Source: a virus (lineage: Duplodnaviria; Caudoviricetes). From it: a stretch of 29,980 bases of DNA. The position numbers and the translations under genes were made by a program. Below are positions 26,617 through 29,980 of the stretch, in pieces. Location of the stretch: positions 1 to 29,980 of the IMG/VR virus record IMGVR_UViG_3300032092_000168. The stretch is one strand, 5' to 3'. The notes beneath the pieces were generated by a model, which was not told the DNA's origin, did no database searches, and was given only the letters and a program-made list of their open reading frames with translations. Position 1 is the stretch's first letter. Each line of letters opens with the position of its first letter.

Positions 26617-27045
26617 TCATTGGCTTTTTTCTGTGGATAAGTCATCGATCACCTCAACGTGGCGCAGTGCGGCCATGCGTAGGTCTTGCACGTTGATGTT
26701 GATTTGTTGCGCCTTTTGTAAGCCATAAGTCTTCTGATCCCATCGCTCGGCCAGCCACTGGCGAGTGCGGATGCGCTGGACATCGCGCTGCGGATTGCTG
26801 TCAGCCATGCTGTCTGCAATGGTCATTGTCTCCACCGCCAGCTTATCGGCTGCTTTCGCGCGCGCACGCGCAATTATATTGGGATCAGCGTCCTCAATCC
26901 ATTGCTCTAGCGCCCTGCGCCCGATGCCAAGCTCGTAGCAAATCATGGTCTGTGACTTGCCTGCCTCAAACATCGACACAATCATGTCATCTGGCAGCTC
27001 TTCCAGCAACTCCATGTCTTTGCGAAACTTAGGTCTTCCGGCCAT
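26617..27045 (-). CDS. terS: terminase small subunit
   Basis: MAGRPK, HTH segment, ARARAKAADKLA, RIRTRQWLAERW...YG; upstream of terL; ATG 27045 preferred. Confidence 0.8.
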   Translation of the reverse strand: MAGRPKFRKDMELLEELPDDMIVSMFEAGKSQTMICYELGIGRRALEQWIEDADPNIIARARAKAADKLAVETMTIADSMADSNPQRDVQRIRTRQWLAERWDQKTYGLQKAQQININVQDLRMAALRHVEVIDDLSTEKSQ

Positions 27046-27712
27046 CTCTAAACCTTTCTGCCTGTTCGGAATTGAACTTGTATTCCATCTTGTCATTGTC
27101 GCTGAATGTCAGATCGTTTTCAAAGTCATCAAAGCCTGTTGCACCGCCAGGCTTGAACTCTGACGTTGGCTTGAAGCTGGTGAGCTGTGCACTTGGCACA
27201 AGCGCCTTGATTTTGATGACTTCCTGCATCCGAGGATCAGCCAGCAATGCTTCTAGTTCCTGCATTGACCAGATGTGGTGATTGGATAAGTCCTGACGCT
27301 GAGTCTGAATCGCTACTGCCTCATTGACTGTTCTGACGATCACCATGGTCTGACCATTCTGCATCTCCCACTCAATCCTCGGTATGGATGACGCTGGCTC
27401 CAGTCCCTCTTCGGTTGCCCATTGATCCAGCACGTTGTATGCCCTGATCATTCCCGCCACGCTTGAATCGAACTTCGCCCAATCTCTGGCCGCCATCGCC
27501 TGATGCAGTCTGCTGTTCTGAATCCAAAATTTCTCCCTCAACTCACTGCTTACTAAAGTAGTCAGTCTATTTTCTCCCCATTTCCTGTCGCTGGCGGCTT
27601 TGACCGACTCCAACTCCACCAACTTTGATTGCACATGAATCGTCCAAGCGTCTGCCTTTGGGCTTGGCTGCTCCACCACTGGATGCTTGTTTGGGTTTCT
27701 CTTTGTTGCCAT
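27029..27712 (-). CDS. hypothetical protein (227 aa)
   Basis: GAGG RBS; in the operon between the primase-helicase and terS. Confidence 0.75.
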   Translation of the reverse strand: MATKRNPNKHPVVEQPSPKADAWTIHVQSKLVELESVKAASDRKWGENRLTTLVSSELREKFWIQNSRLHQAMAARDWAKFDSSVAGMIRAYNVLDQWATEEGLEPASSIPRIEWEMQNGQTMVIVRTVNEAVAIQTQRQDLSNHHIWSMQELEALLADPRMQEVIKIKALVPSAQLTSFKPTSEFKPGGATGFDDFENDLTFSDNDKMEYKFNSEQAERFRDGRKT

Positions 27713-27735
27713 GTCATTTCCTCGGTTTCAAATGG

Positions 27736-27882
27736 TGCATGGGTTACATATCATCGAGTCTTCTAGACTCTCGATTTGTAACTGTAACCATGCAAGCGTC
27801 AATTGGTAACATTTGTATCTTGTTTGTAACTTGTAACCTGTATGTTTATCCAGCCTCAAAGTCGCTGCTTTTGAACTGTAAC
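27736..27882. repeat. GTAAC repeats plus an imperfect palindrome; putative replication origin
   Basis: GTAAC at 27778, 27784, 27806, 27826, 27833 and 27878, inverted GTTAC at 27743; tgcatgggttaca...tgtaaccatgca arms enclose atcgagtc/gactctcgat. Confidence 0.6.
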
Positions 27883-29915
27883 CATACAAAATCGTCCCTG
27901 ATCGCACCCTCGCCTGACTCAATCAGTCGCTGTTTTGCTCTGTGCCATGCCGTCTTAAACGTGCCTTTATCCTCATCGGTACACCCCATCTTTGACCACA
28001 ATTCCTGCCTCCACTGCTCCAATCTGATCGCATGGCGTTGTAAACCATCGATGTACTTTGGCGCTCCATGCTCTTTGACCATCTTCTCTAAGCAAAGCAT
28101 CTCAAGTCGCTGATTTTTTCCTTTTCCAGAGTTCCCTTTGCTGGCCTTTGACGGCTCAATATGCGTGTCATCGGATGACTGCACCGCCAAGCTGACCACT
28201 GGATCGCTGAGTCCCAAGCCTGCTGGCCTGATCTCTACCTCCACCATCACAAAGCCAAATCGCTCGTTGTCTGCGCCATCCTTTTGCTTGCTGATGGTGA
28301 GTACGCCTTTCATCTGCTCGTCAAAGCGCAGCAGCTCCAGCTCTGTATCTACGGCGCCAAGCAGTGAAGAGTGGCCGCGCAGTCCTTTGGCGGCGTCTTT
28401 GCCGCTGTGGTGCAGCACCATCAAGGCGCAGTTGAGGAATTCCTGCACCTTACCCATGGCCGTGATGAATGCACCCATGTCTTCCGAGCTGTTCTCGTTG
28501 CCGCCGCCAAAGGCTCTGGCGAGCGTATCCACAATGGCGAGGCTGAACTCCATGCCTGTCTGCTCCACCAGCGTGACCACGGCCATCATGAGCGCGTTGA
28601 AGTCCTCTGCGCTGGATCTGAGGTTGAGCTGATGCCTGACTATGTAGATTGGTGCGCCGTCCTCAGTCTGGTGGTGCATCTTGCAGGCTTTGATCCTTGC
28701 GCCGATACCGCCAAAGCCCTCGCCGGCCAAGTACAGCACCGCGCCTGTCTGCTTGACCTCTTTCCCCATCCATGTGCGCCCTGTGGCTATGGCCTCGGCA
28801 ATGTCTAGGGCTATGAAGCTCTTAAAGCTCCCAGGCGGCCCATACAGCGCCGTGAATGATCCTTTCGGTATGACACCCTCAATCAGCCACTCGACTGGCT
28901 CATCCTGAATGGTGTCCCAAGATTCAATCTTGATGGTCTTGGTTGGCTTTGGTGCTGGTGCTTCTTTTGGTGGGTCAGGCGCGAACTCATGTGCAATATC
29001 TGCCTGTTTCTGTACATGATCCTTGTCTGATGTATAGATTTCGTCAGTTTTTGTACTTGATGCTGTAATTGCCTGTAGTCTTTCGGGTATCGTTACATCA
29101 TCCACGCTGTTAATCTTTGGCGCTGCCTTGACCAGCGCCGCCAGCTCTGCCCTGCCGCCGCCTGCCTCGATGAACTCATATGCGTCATCGCCCTGCTCTT
29201 GCAGTCCAAGGTCGACTACCTTGAGCGCCTTGGCGATGGGCAGTATGGCCTCTGCTGCCTTGCGTGCGTATGACCAGCCTGATAGATCGTTGTCGGGCAG
29301 GATCACCACATTGGCGCCAGCGAAATATTCGCTTATCGCCTCGGGCCAATGGCCGGCGCCACTGTGCGCGGTGGTCGCCATCACGCCGAGACTCATCAGC
29401 GCGTCCACCGCCTTTTCTCCCTCGGCGAGATAAATTATTCTTCCCGCTGTCTTTGCGTCCAGCAACTCGGGCAGCTTGTAGGGGACTATGCGTGCGTCAC
29501 CCAATGTCGGGTATCGCTTGCCGTCTGTATCTACTTTGTATAAACGATAGGTCTTGCCTGTCTCACCTACGCGCAATCGGTGCTTGACAAAGACTGTGAC
29601 GCGGTCCTCGTCTTGGTACTGCCATTCCTGCTGGAACTCGATCTTTGGTAGTGGCTTGATGTTGGCGAGTGGGTCGGGGCGCTCCTCCAGCTCGGGAAGT
29701 AACTGCATATCCCTGATGGTTTGGAATACTGACTCCTGAGTGCAGCCACCATGACAATGAAACAATGGCTTGCCCTCGTCATCAATGTGTACGCTGAGAC
29801 TTGGATTCTTGTCGCCGTTGCCTTTTCCGTGTGACGGAACAGGGCATGACGCCACCCATTGGCCGTTGGCTCTCTTCGCGTTGCCGAGCTGTTTGGCTAT
29901 TTGTTCTGCTTGCAT
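27846..29915 (-). CDS. primase-helicase (Zn-binding + TOPRIM + RepA/AAA_25 helicase)
   Basis: CPVPSH...CHGGC zinc finger; AEGEKAVD and PDND TOPRIM motifs; GPPGSFKS Walker A; IVDT Walker B; HHSGKD...RGHS; GAGG RBS supports ATG 29915. Confidence 0.92.
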   Translation of the reverse strand: MQAEQIAKQLGNAKRANGQWVASCPVPSHGKGNGDKNPSLSVHIDDEGKPLFHCHGGCTQESVFQTIRDMQLLPELEERPDPLANIKPLPKIEFQQEWQYQDEDRVTVFVKHRLRVGETGKTYRLYKVDTDGKRYPTLGDARIVPYKLPELLDAKTAGRIIYLAEGEKAVDALMSLGVMATTAHSGAGHWPEAISEYFAGANVVILPDNDLSGWSYARKAAEAILPIAKALKVVDLGLQEQGDDAYEFIEAGGGRAELAALVKAAPKINSVDDVTIPERLQAITASSTKTDEIYTSDKDHVQKQADIAHEFAPDPPKEAPAPKPTKTIKIESWDTIQDEPVEWLIEGVIPKGSFTALYGPPGSFKSFIALDIAEAIATGRTWMGKEVKQTGAVLYLAGEGFGGIGARIKACKMHHQTEDGAPIYIVRHQLNLRSSAEDFNALMMAVVTLVEQTGMEFSLAIVDTLARAFGGGNENSSEDMGAFITAMGKVQEFLNCALMVLHHSGKDAAKGLRGHSSLLGAVDTELELLRFDEQMKGVLTISKQKDGADNERFGFVMVEVEIRPAGLGLSDPVVSLAVQSSDDTHIEPSKASKGNSGKGKNQRLEMLCLEKMVKEHGAPKYIDGLQRHAIRLEQWRQELWSKMGCTDEDKGTFKTAWHRAKQRLIESGEGAIRDDFVWLQFKSSDFEAG

Positions 29916-29980
29916 ATTGCCTCTACTTGTTCTATGCGTTGCCCTATCCATGCCATGACAGGTACTGCCATGCTGTTGCC

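Larger units (their letters stand above)
26447..26640. promoter_or_regulatory. cluster of four DnaA boxes
   Basis: TTATCCACA 26447-26455; TGTGGATAA 26548-26556; TTGTCCACA 26594-26602 (1 mismatch); TGTGGATAA 26632-26640. Confidence 0.8.

Noticed and set aside
27728-27922. 64-aa - strand ORF over the putative origin
   Set aside because: Overlaps the helicase 3' end, no RBS, and its sequence is dictated by the GTAAC repeats
1-29980. tRNA/rRNA genes, integrase, transposase or alternative genetic code
   Set aside because: None recognised; intergenic gaps are few and short, and genes are full length under the standard code with TAA, TGA and TAG stops

Overview
This window is about 30 kb of a tailed dsDNA phage with a podovirus-like (P22/T7-type) morphogenesis module; the host is probably a proteobacterium (inference). 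Almost all genes lie on the - strand, in this order: primase-helicase, hypothetical, terS, a 285-bp non-coding gap, terL, a cluster of small basic proteins with a Cys-rich protein, a glycosyltransferase and a methyltransferase, portal, scaffold, major capsid, a second glycosyltransferase, adaptor, tail fibres, lysis genes (3TM holin, M15 endolysin), tail nozzle, four ejection/internal virion proteins and a putative variable 'cargo' gene. The left 2.9 kb holds small accessory genes on both strands. Four observations stand out. (1) The terS-terL gap has four DnaA boxes, a perfect IHF site, a Fis-like site and a dif/cer-like Xer site. (2) A 'GLL'-tagged gene with HhH-glycosylase-like motifs ends the ejection operon and overlaps a convergent small acidic gene, like an effector/immunity pair. 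(3) A CFI-box-CTERM-like domain sits on a Gly-rich virion protein. (4) Glycosylation enzymes are translationally coupled to head genes. All assignments come from motif recognition and synteny by eye; no searches were run.
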